From contig CT868319.1 in the NCBI GenBank assembly GCA_000165425.1, positions 248,001-312,000 of the forward strand: a stretch of DNA of 64,000 nt, in the 5' to 3' direction. Shown piece after piece: positions 25,520-39,470 of this stretch. A program made the translations under genes and the position numbers. The stretch's first letter is position 1. Every line of letters starts with the position of its first letter. The DNA comes from Paramecium tetraurelia (lineage: Eukaryota). The notes under the pieces were generated by a model that was given only the letters and a program-made list of their open reading frames with translations, made no database searches and was not told the DNA's origin.

Positions 25520-28500
25520 TCAAAGAGTGTGATATTATGAATACTTAGGATTCAAAACTATGTCGTATGAATGAAGTCCATTTATCAACCCTTTGAAAAA
25601 CTTGAGTGCCTACATTCTTGCTAATCGTTCGCCCATCAGCAATGCAAATTACTATTCTCCCTTTTCTTGTGCATCCTACCTTTGAATTCTCAACAGTTAC
25701 ATTATTTAATTGGCTTAATCCTATGAATATACTAAACTATTAATCTAATTCTCTTACATTCATAAATGGATTACTGCATCAAAATAAATGTATTCTCCAC
25801 TTTATCAAATAAAGTAGTTTCACTATAACAAAAGAAGAAAATTGTCCTTAGAATTGGACTTATGACGCAAGGCCAAAGGATGTAATAGATGATAAGCACA
25901 ATCAGTATGCAAGTCAAACCAATGCATTAACTTGTTATTGCTCTTTTAAAGAACTCTCCAAATACATTGCTTTATGCTGATTGAACAATGGAGGATGACT
26001 AGATAGATTGAGTGAAGTCTATGGTTTCAGGGAATAACTTCGTTGACCCATAAATCCAAATTGAGAATATTATATGCCATATTAGCAGTAACTTCAATAT
26101 CTCTCTCACCAATTTTGCAACACTATCATCTACTTTTTGTGGATTCTTGCAAAAATGTAATAAGTAGTATTTATCACAACAATATGTGATAAACAAAAAT
26201 AATGCCGTTGTCAAATACAATAAGGGCATTCCTGAGGAATATAAGAAGTTAACACAGATAACAGTCAATATTTGCGAGTATTTAAGTTCCACATTGAAAT
26301 CTGAACCCGTATAATATTCATTTAGATCTTATTGTGTTAATTTCCTCGTGAATTGACCGTCTTCCAAACAACATTGATCAAAACATCTTTTCAAACATCT
26401 GAAAATGCTCATTAGAACTATATTAATTAAAGGACCCAATACATAAATTAACATTGTAAGTAACTAAATATAATATCTATTAATTACAATTGTTGTTCCG
26501 ACTTAATTAAACCATTGAACACTGATATCATCAAATTTACCATTTAATAATACTGAAAATGAGGATAGATTTAGTTCACTTGTAAATTTGATATTAATTA
26601 TCAATATTACTAAGGCTGTGTTTATGTATTAGACAACGAATACTTTCAGAAGACGAGAGGATAATTATTTAGATTTTGATCGATGAGCTTCAAACTCAGC
26701 AAATTCTAAGATTATGAATATAAATCTACTTGTAAAGATTAATTAAATGACTTGATTTATTAAAATAATGACGACAACAATTAGAAATGGCCAACCAACT
26801 ATCTTAACATAATCATTGAACCATTGCTAACATAATTGTTCACCATTACTAAAGGTCATATTTATTCTATTTAGAAAGTCTTCTTTGCAATAACATTCCA
26901 ACAATCCTTTCTTAACACTCTTACTCTGATCACCAATTACATCGGCCTCTGTGATATTAGGATACATTGAACAATTAGGTTCTGGGTAATCTTATTAATA
27001 AGTCAATTATTAATATCTAAATGAAATGGATACAGTAATACTTCAAGAAGATAATGGCTGCAATTGTGAAGATCATCAAGATGAAAGTGAGCATAAAACT
27101 TAGAGTTCTGCGAGCAAACAATTCTACTGAGGAATATTATAAATTCATCCAATTAATATCATCTGGAGGAGGTGCTGGTTATGCTTTGATTATTGCATTA
27201 TCGATCTTCATAATTTCATTGCATCCACAACACGAAAAGAGATCTCGCAAGTAATCTTCTTGATAGACAAAGAATGCCATGTTTCTTTGTTCAATTGTAT
27301 CAAATGTGATCCAAGCATATTAGATAATCTCATTGAATTATTCTGGCTACTGAATCTAATTGTCGAATTCAGATATTTGGTTTTCTAATTTCTATATTTC
27401 ATCCAGAAGTTCTTAAGCATCTTCTTTCTATTGTAATTGATTTAAAGCCTATTACAATACTGCAGTTGCTAGATTTTGTTTCAAATCCATAGAAGTTATG
27501 AGAGAAACCTTAAATTTATTCTCAAATCTTCTAACCAAGTTATTTCGCTTTTTTATGGTCATAGCTCTTTCCTCACCTATTAAAACCGATCTGTTCCCTT
27601 TCGAAAATTAAATGTCGACTATATGAAAGCTAGGTATCTAAGGGAATTTCTTAGCTAATTGCAATTCGATTTCAATTAGTTTTTAAAATAACTCCTTAGG
27701 ATCCGAGCATTCAGGGAGATTTCTAAATTCTAATGAAAAATTTTCTATAAATACTTGACTTTCATTCACATTTTTCATAGTTTCTTTCTCTTATCGTTCC
27801 AAGCTTGAAATTAATTATATTAATATACGTAAAGAGAAAGATACTTAGAATCAGGACGATTGCCAAATCAATATAGCCACATATGATGGAGACTGTGTTG
27901 TTCTTAACACTTACTGATCCGAGTGAGAATTCAGAATCCTGGCAAAACGAATAAGCATAAACTATGTTCGAATGCAAGTCAGGACAACTGTCAAACAAAG
28001 ACTCTCTAATTATGAACTCACAAGATTGTTGTCCTACACATTTATTTTATATCTCTGTAAAAGCTTTCGAGTTAGTACAATTTATTATTGCCTGTGATGG
28101 ATCATAATAAGTACAAGGGATAGAATTGCTACCTTCTTAGACGAAACCCAAAACAAAATTTTAGGATGATATGGTTCCAGAATTACAATTAAATGTTGTC
28201 TTCTCTAAGATAGTTGCAGAATCAAGTGTTACATTATTCTATATATAATGATTTAGTTGATTACATTCAATACTACATCATCCCAAGACATTTTAACACA
28301 AGAATCTCCTTGTAGACTCAATGATCCTAGCGTAGTTCCCATGAGTATTGAATTAAAAGTCAACGTATCCTTCACACAAGATAAGGAGAAGATCAATTAA
28401 GGAATACTCAGGAGCGCGAATAGTAAAAAGTATAAAATAATCTATATAAGACCTGATGTAATACTTATTTGAGGAATCTAAAATATATAGTAATGCCTGC

Positions 28501-28773
28501 TCCATATTAATTTATGTCGGATTAAAATTCAGTACTGCAACAACAATTAAAACCAACATCTACGTTATAACAATTGGTGCAATCATATAATTTTTCATCA
28601 ACATCGGTAGGATGAGTATTTTTCAGATAAGTATTCAATGCTTCCTAATTAACTGGAGCACGATCAAGTATGGTCTGCTTTGTCTTTAATAATTTCTCTT
28701 CACTTCCTGTTATATGAATTTAAGAGTCCTCTTTTAAAGTAGTACTGAGAGCTTGAATTGGATGAATTTGCAT
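25520..28773 (-). CDS. OSCA/TMEM63/TMC-like multi-pass channel with Cys-rich extracellular (lectin-like) loop
   Basis: YGAGITIYF, AWITFDTIEQR, QAPPPDDINWMNL, KVFVVQYINTALVI, DDISVQWF..VG, YSQILTVI..YSSGMPLLY..CDKY. Confidence 0.8.
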
Positions 28774-29073
28774 AAGTAAAATAATTAATATATTCTTTAC
28801 AATTATATAAATTATTAAATAAGACCATCTTAATCTATCTATTAAAACTTTGACAATTTAACATTTCTTTCCATTAACAAATTTGAACTTACATCATTTA
28901 AATTGATTATCAAATTTTAAAACCATTTTATAGATTTCTTTATGCTTATTATATATTCAATTGCACCTCCTCTTTTCATTAATCAGATTAAATCTAATGC
29001 AATTTATAATTTAATCTAGATATATTATTGATTCACAACTAATTACAATAAGAAAAACCAACTCATTTTACAT

Positions 29074-30130
29074 TCATACCCATTTAACCCTTCTTCCACC
29101 TTCCCAAATTCCTTTCTTCTTCATTCCATTATTATCTACATAGATCCCCTCTCCATGTTATTATCCATCTTTCCACATACCATCATATATTCTTCCATCC
29201 TCCCAATAGTATACTCCATAACCATGTTTGATGTCATTCTAGTATTCACCCACATACTTCTTTCCATCAGGCCATTTCAAAGTACCCTTCCCATTCATTT
29301 TATTCTGAACCCATTATCCATCATAGACTTTTCCATTAAACCAAGAATATATCCCAGTACCATGAATATTATTTTATTCAAATTGGCCTTAATAAACTGA
29401 CCCATCATAAAATTGAATTTTACCATAACCATGCTTTTTACCTTCAAAGTAATCTCCTTCATATTATGAACCATCTGGCCAAACTTCCTATCCTTTCCCA
29501 TTTTATTGATCATCTTTCCATAATCCCTTATAAGTCGCCCCATTAGAATGAACATATATTCCGAACCCATTGGCCCTATCATCTATCCATTGACCCTCAT
29601 AAATATCACCATCAGTATGAATTAACTTTCCATTTCCTTACGCCATATTTTATTTCCATTCACCATCATAAATGGAACCATCCTTATAAACCAATCGTCC
29701 CTTTCCCCATTTTTATCCTTTCATCCATTCCCCTTCATATAAACTTCCATCAACCATTTCAATTTCTGGTAGTTTCATTGGTTCTATGTAATTCATAGTA
29801 TTTTTCACAAGCAATTGATCCCTCTTCTATTTGATTGCCGCAACAACACTTTATTTTAAAGTTTCCCTTTTTCCAGAATAACCAACTATATCTACTGTAT
29901 CACCTTAACTTTCAGATTATTTTTTCAATCGTTGTTTTTATTCTAATTTTATCATTTTCCTTATACGATAACCGCGGTAATAAGCTTGAATTTTAATGAC
30001 CTTAACTATTTTTTCGATCTCTTCCTTTCCTTCATCTAACGTAAATGCTTCTACTATTTCTTAAGTAATCTTTTTCTCGACAATAATGACTTAATCTTTT
30101 TTTGCACACAAAGCAGAAAATCTATCCCAT
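29074..30130 (-). CDS. IQ-motif + MORN-repeat protein; 1-nt frame discrepancy near 5' end
   Basis: IKIQAYYRGYRIRK, ~9 YEGEW..G.G MORN repeats; ATG 30130 is one base out of frame with the body. Confidence 0.8.
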
Positions 30131-30268
30131 TATAAAAATTATTAAAAAATTAGTCTAAAGTGTTTTATAATTAAGAAAATCTAAAATAAGACATAAATTA
30201 TCTATAACCAAATACATAGATACATCAAATAAAATATTTCAGTTGTAATAATTATTATAATATGAAAA

Positions 30269-31100
30269 TCACTTCAATTCAGGTTAAACTGATTTTAAAA
30301 AGGCTTCTAAATGTTACCCTTAATATTTGAGAAATTCGATTTCCTATTTCCTCTTCTATTCCTCAATCTAATTTCTTTCTTTAATCTTCTTATCCAAGGA
30401 ATCCTTTTTATTAAGCAAATCAATCCTCTGAATTCTAATACACATTCATACCTTTTCTTCCAACTTCTATTTCCTCTACTCCAATTAAACTATCTTCTCT
30501 TCCAATTCACTCTTGCCCATCTCAGCCTACAATTATTTTCTCATCCCAAATGTCACAGACGAGTTATACAATGTCTAATAAGCAGCGATTGTCATTTTTA
30601 ACTCGTCCCTCACTCTCATTAATAGTAATCCTACGATCGACTTTTAGTATGAATACCTCTCTCTGGACAATCAATTGTAACTTGTCTTATAATCTCATCA
30701 AAACATTAACTCAACAACTCTTCTCTTATAGGACAGATCCCCAGTCTCTCTAAAATTATTTAATAAAATCCCATAACTACCTAGCTTATCTTGCCAACAA
30801 TCTCTCATCCAATAGTTTTTACAAGTTACCAACATCCTTCCCTCGTGGCTGGAACGTGTGAAACATATTAAATATAATGCTTCCCATCGTGATCCCATTC
30901 TATAGGAGGTAAGATGGCATTCAATATATCCTAACATTTCTCATCTCATTGCTTACTTCTGTATTTGGCTTAGATTCCAAAGGAGACAGTTATGCCTTCT
31001 TTTTCCCTTGTAGAGTCCTGGATGCATCATTGGCATTACTGACTTCAATGGGATTTTCGTATTTGACCAAAGACTCTCGAGGAGGTTTAACTTCTGCCAT
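30269..31100 (-). CDS. DNALI1: Axonemal inner-arm dynein light intermediate chain p28, two apparent +1 frameshifts
   Basis: ESLVKYENP, ILNAILPP.EW, PATRE(D)V, QAR-ETG(I)CPIREEL..QCFDEIIRQVTIDCPERGLLLMRVRDE. Confidence 0.9.
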
Positions 31101-31212
31101 TTTATTTAAAATTATTATACAAAGTTATATAAGTGTAAAAATAACTAAATTACTGCTTTATAGAAGTCATCTAGAAATGAAAAATATATAGTGGAAAATC
31201 AAAAATTTATTC

Positions 31213-32947
31213 TCATGGTTTGATTTTCTTTTTATAAATTAGAAACCTATTCTAAATGTTATTTTAAATTTGTGTAGCAATAGTATCCATTTGTAAAAGT
31301 TTCTAATTGGAGCTGATTTCAGTTGGTTTTTTTGTGTTTGATGTAGATTTTTAATGTTTGCCATCCTTATTACTCTCATTAGGTTACGTTGACAAGGGTT
31401 TTTGCTCTATTTTGAATGATAATCTTCCTTATCTCGAGGGTATTTTGGAGATGGAGGTGTTGTTTTGCATACTGACACGTTCAGTGATGATAAATTTATT
31501 ATATCCTTGAGGGATGGAACTTTATCGTGGTTGATTTACAAATTAATCACTATCAGTTTTCTTAAAGAATTCTCCAATTTAAACTTGTCTTGTTTATTTG
31601 GTGAGTGGTTATTGATTGCTAAGAGAAGGTTCACGTTTTTGAATGGGTTCTTGAGATCTAGTTTTGGTTCGTCTATTGGAAAACAATTATAAATAATATA
31701 TACATCTTTTTAGTAATAGAAATATTGTTTGAATTTTCTAATTGATTTTTTCTTGGAGATGACGTAATGTGTGCTAATGTAACATCGCTTTGTTTTTCTT
31801 ATTGTTGATAAGGAGATTTGCTCTTAAGTTTTATTTTAAATATGTATGGAGTATTTTCATTGATTTGACTGTGTGGTATTTAAGAAATAAGTTGTTGTGT
31901 AATTTTATTGAATGTTGATTATTAAAATTGCTATTGGGATTAAGGGTTTTTATTTTGTAAAAGGTAATAAGTAGTTGTGATTTGATTATGCTTATTGTTT
32001 TGAATCATTTCAATGATTTCTGATTGATTGGACAATCCATATTATACCATTTATTGTACGATATCATTGTCAATCTTAAGTGAATGAGGTATTGAATATT
32101 AACCAGCAAATTTGATGAAGTCATGATTTTTGATTTCTTGTAAGGTAATTCTTTATGTTGGATCCTTCATTAGTAATTTCTTAAGTAAATCACCTGCTTA
32201 TAAGCTAACATGTTTGGGTAAATGGAAATCGGAAGTCTTGATCTTTTCATATAACCTCTTTGTATTTTGATCTTCAAAAGGGACACATCTGAAGTTAACT
32301 TGATAGAATTACCCACAAATCATCGCATACAATATGATACCACTAGACCATATGTCAGTAAAGAGGCCATCGTAGGAAAGTCCCTGTAACATTTCAGGAG
32401 CTGCATAACAAGGACTCCCACAAGGGGTTTTCAATTTCTGACCAGGCTGATAAGTGGAGGACAATCCAAAATCAACCACTTTGAGGGTGCCTTCGTTAAG
32501 TAGTACATTTTCTGGTTTTAAATCTCTATGAACGACTTGATGATCGTGAATATAAGTAACTGCATGTATCAATTAGATGAATAGTCTAGCAGCTTCACGT
32601 TCTTCAAGACGTTTATTGCGCACTATATGGTCAAAGAGCTCTCCTCCACTAGCATATTCAGTAACAATGTACAACTTAGAGTCACTTTCGACAATCTACT
32701 ATGCAAATGGCTTACTTCAAATAATTGCACCACATTTGGGTGTCTTAGTTTTCTCAGGATCGAAATCTCACGATGAATCCTTACATAATCAGAATCTTGT
32801 TATTTGGTCTTGTCAATGATCTTTATAGCCACCTAAATTCAAGTAATGATGTTGCTAAACCTTTTCACCAGTGAGCTTGTGGATCCCCAATTTGACCTTG
32901 CTGAATGTTCCTTAACCTAAGTCTTTATCTATAATATATGATTTCAT
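31213..32947 (-). CDS. SNF1/AMPK-related (CAMKL) kinase with UBA-like region
   Basis: [47 protein letters not shown]. Confidence 0.93.
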
Positions 32948-32954
32948 TAATTTA

Positions 32955-33383
32955 ATGATTGATGTGAAAGGCGATGGGAATTGTTTGTTTCGTTGCGTTG
33001 CTCTTGCACTTCAAGGCACTTAGAACACTCATCAAGAGTTCAGACTCATGTGTGCCAATGTTATCTAAGAGAATCAGGCCATATTCAAAGAGAAAATACA
33101 TCAAGGAATGCTGAAATAATATGATGAATCCAAAGAAGTCTTTCAACAGTACATAGAACAAGTGCAAAATGGAGAAATTATGGGTGGATTAATAGAATTA
33201 TAAGCACTCTCTCTGGGATTAAATGTCCAATTCAATGTCGAAGGAATTGGTAATAAATTGCTAGATATTGGGTTGTCTCATAATCCAAAGAAAGAAATAC
33301 AATTATGTAGAATTAAGAATGATAAATACAAAGACGGCCATTACATGTTCAAGAAAATACATAAAATCAAAAAGAAAAAATGA
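32955..33383 (+). CDS. Minimal OTU-domain deubiquitinase (142 aa)
   Basis: MIDVKGDGNCLFRCV (catalytic Cys box), GGLIELQALS, DGHY (His box). Confidence 0.88.
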
Positions 33384-33408
33384 GTATTAATTATATATTA
33401 ATAAATAT

Positions 33409-34526
33409 ATGGGTAATAATTGCACTGGTTAATGTGCAGGGTGTTACAAAAGGGATATTGAAATATTAGTAATCCTCTTCAATTCTATATTAGAAAAGCG
33501 AGTAGCATTAAATATTATCAGAAAAACCTTATGAAACTTTAAGCAGAAAAAGTTCTAAAAATGTTTTATAAGATGCTATCCCTTTGGGCAGCATATATGA
33601 GATCAATATTAAACCCATCACTAAAAGTGTTGTAGATATTGTTGGAGACAAATCAAGAAAAACAAAGGCTGTTATTAAAATTTAATCTTATTGGAAGGGG
33701 TATTTAGTTAGGAAAAAACTTCCTTATAGAATCAATATCAAAACTAGCGTTGAAACTGAAGGAAGTAGAACAACTGGCAGTTACTTTGAAAGGTTATGCA
33801 ATGAATCAAATTTAAAAAAGTATAATTTCATCTAAGCAATTAAGACTAGCCAAAATGTACATTGGATAATGGCTGGGTAAAGAGAGACATGGAAAAGGAA
33901 TACAGACTTGGTCAGATGGAGCCCTATATGATGGTGAATGGTAACATAATAAGGCTTATGGTAAAGGAATATTTCGACATGCTGATAAAATTGAATATGA
34001 AGGAGAATGGAAATAAAGCAAAGCCTGTGGTTTTGGTATAATGAGATCCCAGAATGGAGCTTATTATGAAGGAGAATGGGAAGATGATCTATAGCATGGG
34101 TATGGTAAAGAATAGTGGGCGGATGGTTCTATGTATGAAGGTCAATACTATAAGGGTTTAAAGCATGGAAAAGGCAAATATGTTTGGAAGGATAAAAGTT
34201 ATTATGAAGGAGAGTGGCAGAATAATAAAATTCATGGATTGGGAGCTTATCATTGGATTGATGGAAGAGGTTACATAGGAGAATGGAAGAATGGAATGAT
34301 GAATGGACATGGAGAATATAGCTGGAGTGATGGAAGAAAGTATGTTGGAGAATACCTAAATGATTAAAAGCATGGATATGGAGAATACAAGTGGATAGAT
34401 GGTAAGGAGTTTAGAGGAATGTGGGAGAAGGGTGTTTAGCATGGAGAAGGGGTTTATGTGACAATTGATGGTAGAACTAAAAGAGGAATGTGGTCGGAAG
34501 GCAAGTTAGTTTAATGGATGAAATGA
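33409..34526 (+). CDS. IQ-motif + MORN-repeat protein, predicted N-acylated
   Basis: MGNNCTGQC, IKIQSYWKGYLVRKK, repeated YEGEW/HG.G. Confidence 0.88.
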
Positions 34527-34599
34527 TTGAATACTAAAAAATTAATTTTATAATTTAACGTTTATGAGTATATATTTTGAAGAGTGTGCACCATAAAAT

Positions 34600-35732
34600 A
34601 TGAGTTCGGATGTTATTAAGAGGAGATCTAGAGGGAAAGAAAATTTGTCATTTAATAGGAATTCCTCTAAGTTGAATTCTATCACTTAAGTTATTGAGAA
34701 ATCATAACAATTTCAGAATCTCAAATTAACACTGGGAGAATATTGGGGATAAGTCAAATTAAATAAGGCAAATGGAATAGGGTCATGTCATTTCAATACA
34801 GGAGGATTTTATTATGGAGAATGGAAAAATAATGTAATGAATGGAGTGGGAATATACTTTTTTAATGTTGGCGGATACATCAAGGGCGAGTTCTATGATG
34901 GAAAAGCCAATGGATATTGTGAATTATGTTATCAAAATGGATAGTTATATTTGGGAACCTTTAAGGAAGGTAAACAATAAGGATTAGGACTCAAAACAAG
35001 TAGAAGAGGGAAAGAAGTTGTCTAATATAAGGATGGAATTCGAGTAAATGTTACTGAAGAACAAACTTAATAGGAAGATATTAATTAGTTATTGAAAACT
35101 TAATTGCCATAAATATACTCTCATAATGACAGAACTGTGTATGGATTGTAATGCGATTTAACAGGTTTAGGGATCATCCAGTATAAAAATGGCAGGGTTG
35201 ATATGGGACAATTTCAGAATGGTTTCTTAAATGGAAGGGGAAGAATAATCTTCAAAAGTGGAGATATTTATGATGGATAATTGCAAAATGGACATTTTTA
35301 AGGTTAAGGTAATTAATATATCTAATTACAAAAGGATTCTACTTAAATTACAATTCTAAATAAATGACAGAGGGGATTTTTGAGAAGAACTAAATAGTGT
35401 CTATTCTAAATTAGTTCATTCAATATCCTCCTAAAGGAAATGATGAATAATGTATTGTTGATCAAAGAATCATTATCAAAAATGTACATCTCAAGACTCG
35501 AGGAGTCAATGCGGATTCTCAATATAATTCTGGGTAAAAGACTACCAAAGTAAATAAAATATAAAATTTGATTCAACAAATGCTTAATCCAATTAAAAAT
35601 AGTATCAATAGTGAAAGTGGTTAACATGAAGTTGTCTTGGACAATCTATTATCTAGAGTGTAGTCACCTTAGTAAAGAAAGAATCTGGAGTAGATCATTA
35701 ATTAAGTTACATCACCCTAAAGAATAAGATGA
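34600..35732 (+). CDS. MORN-repeat protein
   Basis: YWGQVKLNKANGIG, YYGEWKNNVMNGVG, MGQFQNGFLNGRG. Confidence 0.82.
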
Positions 35733-35804
35733 TTAATTTATTAATTTATTTAATATTTAATGACTACTGCTAATTTAAGAAATAATAATCATAAACAACA
35801 CTAT

Positions 35805-37066
35805 TCACATTTTGTCGAAAAACTATTTTATCTTCTACTTTTTAAGATTAGCAATAGATTATTAAAGATTTTTAGTTTTTAAACTTTTTTATTTTTTCTA
35901 CTTGCCATCATCATCTTCATCATCGTCATCATCATCTGAATCGTCTTCTGAATCATCAGAATCTCCCTCCATATCCATATCTTTCTGTGTTTATTTATTA
36001 GTATATTCAAATTCTGTTTCATTGACTTGAACTTTAGCTGTTTTTCTCTTATTGACAAAATCAGCAATATCATAAAATTTAATTGAACTGTCATGTGACA
36101 ATGAGGCAGCAATTTTCTAAGTTCTATCAACAACTATTTTAGTAATTGGGAAATATGAATTATCCTCATGTTAACCTAAAATTCCTGTGATCATATTTGG
36201 GAATACAGAGACTCCTCTTACGAGACCATCTTCACCGCCTGTAATGATAGAATGTTCATCTATTTTACACTAATAAATAGAATGAAACAATTTACAATTG
36301 AATCAATTGAATTAGGATGACCAATAATTCTATCTTTAAAATCCCCAAAGTAATCCCATTTGAATAGTAATAAATTACCTTCACTTGTTGATATACAAAC
36401 AAATTAACCATTTTTGACCAAGCAAATGTCTGTTAATTCCTCTTCCATACAATCACTTTTTGCATATAAACATTTTTCATTTGTACTCTAGAATCTCAAA
36501 TCATGAACACTTAAATAACCATCCAAACTAGATGAAAGCAATAGGTTATTAGATGAATCTATTTCAATTCCAGAAATAGCTTCTTCTGCCTCTTTGACTT
36601 TAAATATGCACTTATTCTGTCTTAAATCCCATATTTTAATGTTGCCTGTATCATCTCCTGTGGCGATAATACTATCATTCAATTATTTGAGGGCATTTAT
36701 GGCATGTCTACTTAAATGTGTTATCATACTTATGAGCCTTGAGTTGATGGAGTACCATCTTACCATTGTTGTCCAAAATAGCAAATGAGCAATCTTTGCT
36801 GGCTGTGACTAGGTGTTGACCATCTCTAAAGAACTAACTGATTCTTGCAGATTATTAATGGTGTGTAAAGGCTGCTATTTCAACAACATCATCAGATGAA
36901 TATTTCAATCTTAACTTGTGGATATAAATGATTACATGTTCACAACTCCTGTCACCTGTGCACAACATACAACATCTTAAAAAGGATGGAAGTTGAGATC
37001 AAATAAATGATCTTTAGCAAAATAGAGAGGTGGTTCCATTACGATTTCTTATTGCTATTAAATCAT
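35805..37066 (-). CDS. WDR55: WD repeat protein 55 (Jip5)
   Basis: FDLNFHP, IATGDDTGNIKIWDLR, GDFKDRIIGHP.SI, ITGGEDGLVR; acidic/basic tail ending QFFDKM*. Confidence 0.85.
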
Positions 37067-37133
37067 GGTAATAAATTATCTTAATTTATTTAATATTTAC
37101 AACACATTTATATTGTTGATTAATATATTCATA

Positions 37134-38304
37134 TCACCAAGCGTATTCTGTTCTAAAATCAACCATTTTGCTACGATCATTGCTTGGATAAGTCTTTTAT
37201 GAAACTGTAATCAGCCTCTTTATTGCCTGTATGTATTTCCTCTGAGTTTCATCATTTAAAATGTGAGCGATTTGTGAACTCGAGATCTTTGACCTTCCAG
37301 TCCTTTCATGAATACCAACCATAGTAACACCCATAGCTAAGAGATTGTTAATGTATACTTACGCCATGGAGCATTCCCAATTGCCAATTCCAAATATTTA
37401 TCATATGCTCTCACATACTCCTTATATACACAAAATCTTATGATAAGGTATAATGCATTCAAAATTTCTTCATTAATTGACTACACCATCCTTGCCTTCT
37501 ATAATTGTTCTGTTAATGGTTTTATGTAATCGAGTGTCTATTTATAAGAATTAAATGCCTGAGAACCTTCTAAACTTCTTATTTGTGTTTCTGTATTGAA
37601 TTTATCCACCAATTTTATGTTCCATTCTCTCAGCATTTTATTGCACCACAAATAAACATCCTCGCATCTTGTCAAAAGTGATACTCCATCCAATAATTAT
37701 TATTCAATTTCTTCCTTTCCCTTACATTGGAATACAGGAACAAGTGCAGTATTTGGATCTAGATTTCTCTCCTTTATCTTATTTAGAAAGACCTTGATTT
37801 CCTCTTTGTCTTCTCCTTCTAAAATCTTGATTTCTAATTCCCTTTGGTGGTAGTCCTTTTTTTCTTAAACAAATTGCATCAATCTCTTATATCTTTGCCA
37901 ATCACTCTCTCCGAAATATGTTATAGGTTCACCCAAATCTCTAAGTCTTTTTTGAACTTCCTTTTTTTCAACCGGAGGAAGATCCTAAGGAATTTAGATT
38001 TCATCCTATTAAATTTTATCACGTTCAGAGTTTATACATTATTAGTCCAATCTCTTTATTTTCACTCTCTCGATGTCCTTTGTTTTGTAATATTCATCTT
38101 AAATTTTTAGTTTCTTTACTAATTTTTCATGCTAATTTGAATGTATTAATATCATACTTTTTCTCTTTCCCTTTCTCGTTACTCCTACAATAACCTTAGT
38201 CTTTCTTATTCAACTTTCTACTTTTGCTCCTAAATTGATATCGAATTAGCTTATGATTACTTTTTTTGTTCGATGAGTTTTTTTAATGATTAAAATTCTT
38301 GCAT
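37134..38304 (-). CDS. PRPF18: Pre-mRNA splicing factor Prp18
   Basis: [45 protein letters not shown]; upstream PRP4-like EPITYFGE. Confidence 0.95.
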
Positions 38305-38367
38305 TATAAAATACCTGATGTGAGATAAGTATATTTTTAATATTTTTTTTAAGATTTTTATATACAT

Positions 38368-38568
38368 ATGAACACTCATACAATTAGTCAACCAAAACCA
38401 TTAATTCGACTTATTTAACAAATAAAAACAGATTCTGTGAGTGTCTCATCCACCTAATCATACGATTCACATTTTTCTGAGATTGAGAGACCAGAAAACC
38501 CTATGATCAAGAACTTTATAAACAACTATGAAGATGATCTCGACACCTTCTTTGATCAATTGGAATGA
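38368..38568 (+). CDS. 66-aa hypothetical protein
   Basis: Clean ATG..TGA ORF: MNTHTISQPKP...ERPENPMIKNFINNYEDDLDTFFDQLE*. Confidence 0.6.
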
Positions 38569-38646
38569 AAGCTCTTAACCTTTGACTTGTGTTATTATGT
38601 GTTATATATTAACTGAATAAATGTTGTTAATTATATATATTTATAT

Positions 38647-39470
38647 TCATAGCAATTCTTAATTTAGAAATACAGATAACCTTTAAGTATTAGCTACTCC
38701 ACTAACTTGTGTCTAATTTCCCCTTTTTAACAATAATCTCTAAGTGGTCTACTGACATAATTAGTCAATTTTTAAACACAATTTATTAGCTACTGAAATC
38801 TCTAATTATGTTTGTGTTGATTATTCTTCATGAAAATAATTAGGACTCTAAACATAGATTACGATCTAAAACCAATCTGCTTTACTAATTATTAAGTTTT
38901 TCACCAAAATAATTATGAAACACTATATAAAGAATTATTCTTCATTTTGCATAATGTACAACTATTTCTTCCTGCTGACTTTAGGGTCTTTTTAGTAATA
39001 TCAATGTAATCCTGAATTTACGATTAAGATCTAAAAAAAATAATCTATATTAATTTTATTGGTTTTGTTCATTTAATATAGTCCTTGGTTCTTGTTGCAA
39101 TATAAGAGATACCGATTCAATTCTTATAGGGAAGTCGAATTCTTCCTTTATCTTTTTGCTTTAAGATCATTCTTTTATTTTAGGTTTTTCTATATTTAAT
39201 CAAATTATATTAACCTACTTCATTGTTGCAAAAAAGTGGATACTCATCGATTTAATTTTTATATCCTGCTTTCTTCCTTAAAATCAATTATATTAGATTA
39301 TAGTTTATTGATTTGATTATCACCCTTTCAAGGTATATCTGTAATATAATAAACAAGGAAATATTAATAAAAATTATATAATACCTATAATAATCAAGAA
39401 TTTTTGTAATTAAAACACTCTAAGAAGTCAAGCATTGTGATTTAATTATGAAGCATTTAAGTATGTTCAT
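38647..39470 (-). pseudogene. Degenerate coding-like region
   Basis: Coding-like composition and intron-like GT..AG pieces, but no continuous frame found. Confidence 0.3.

Noticed and set aside
30736..30842. Programmed +1 ribosomal frameshifting in DNALI1
   Set aside because: No AAA-TAR slippery site; that mechanism is known from Euplotes, where TAR are stops
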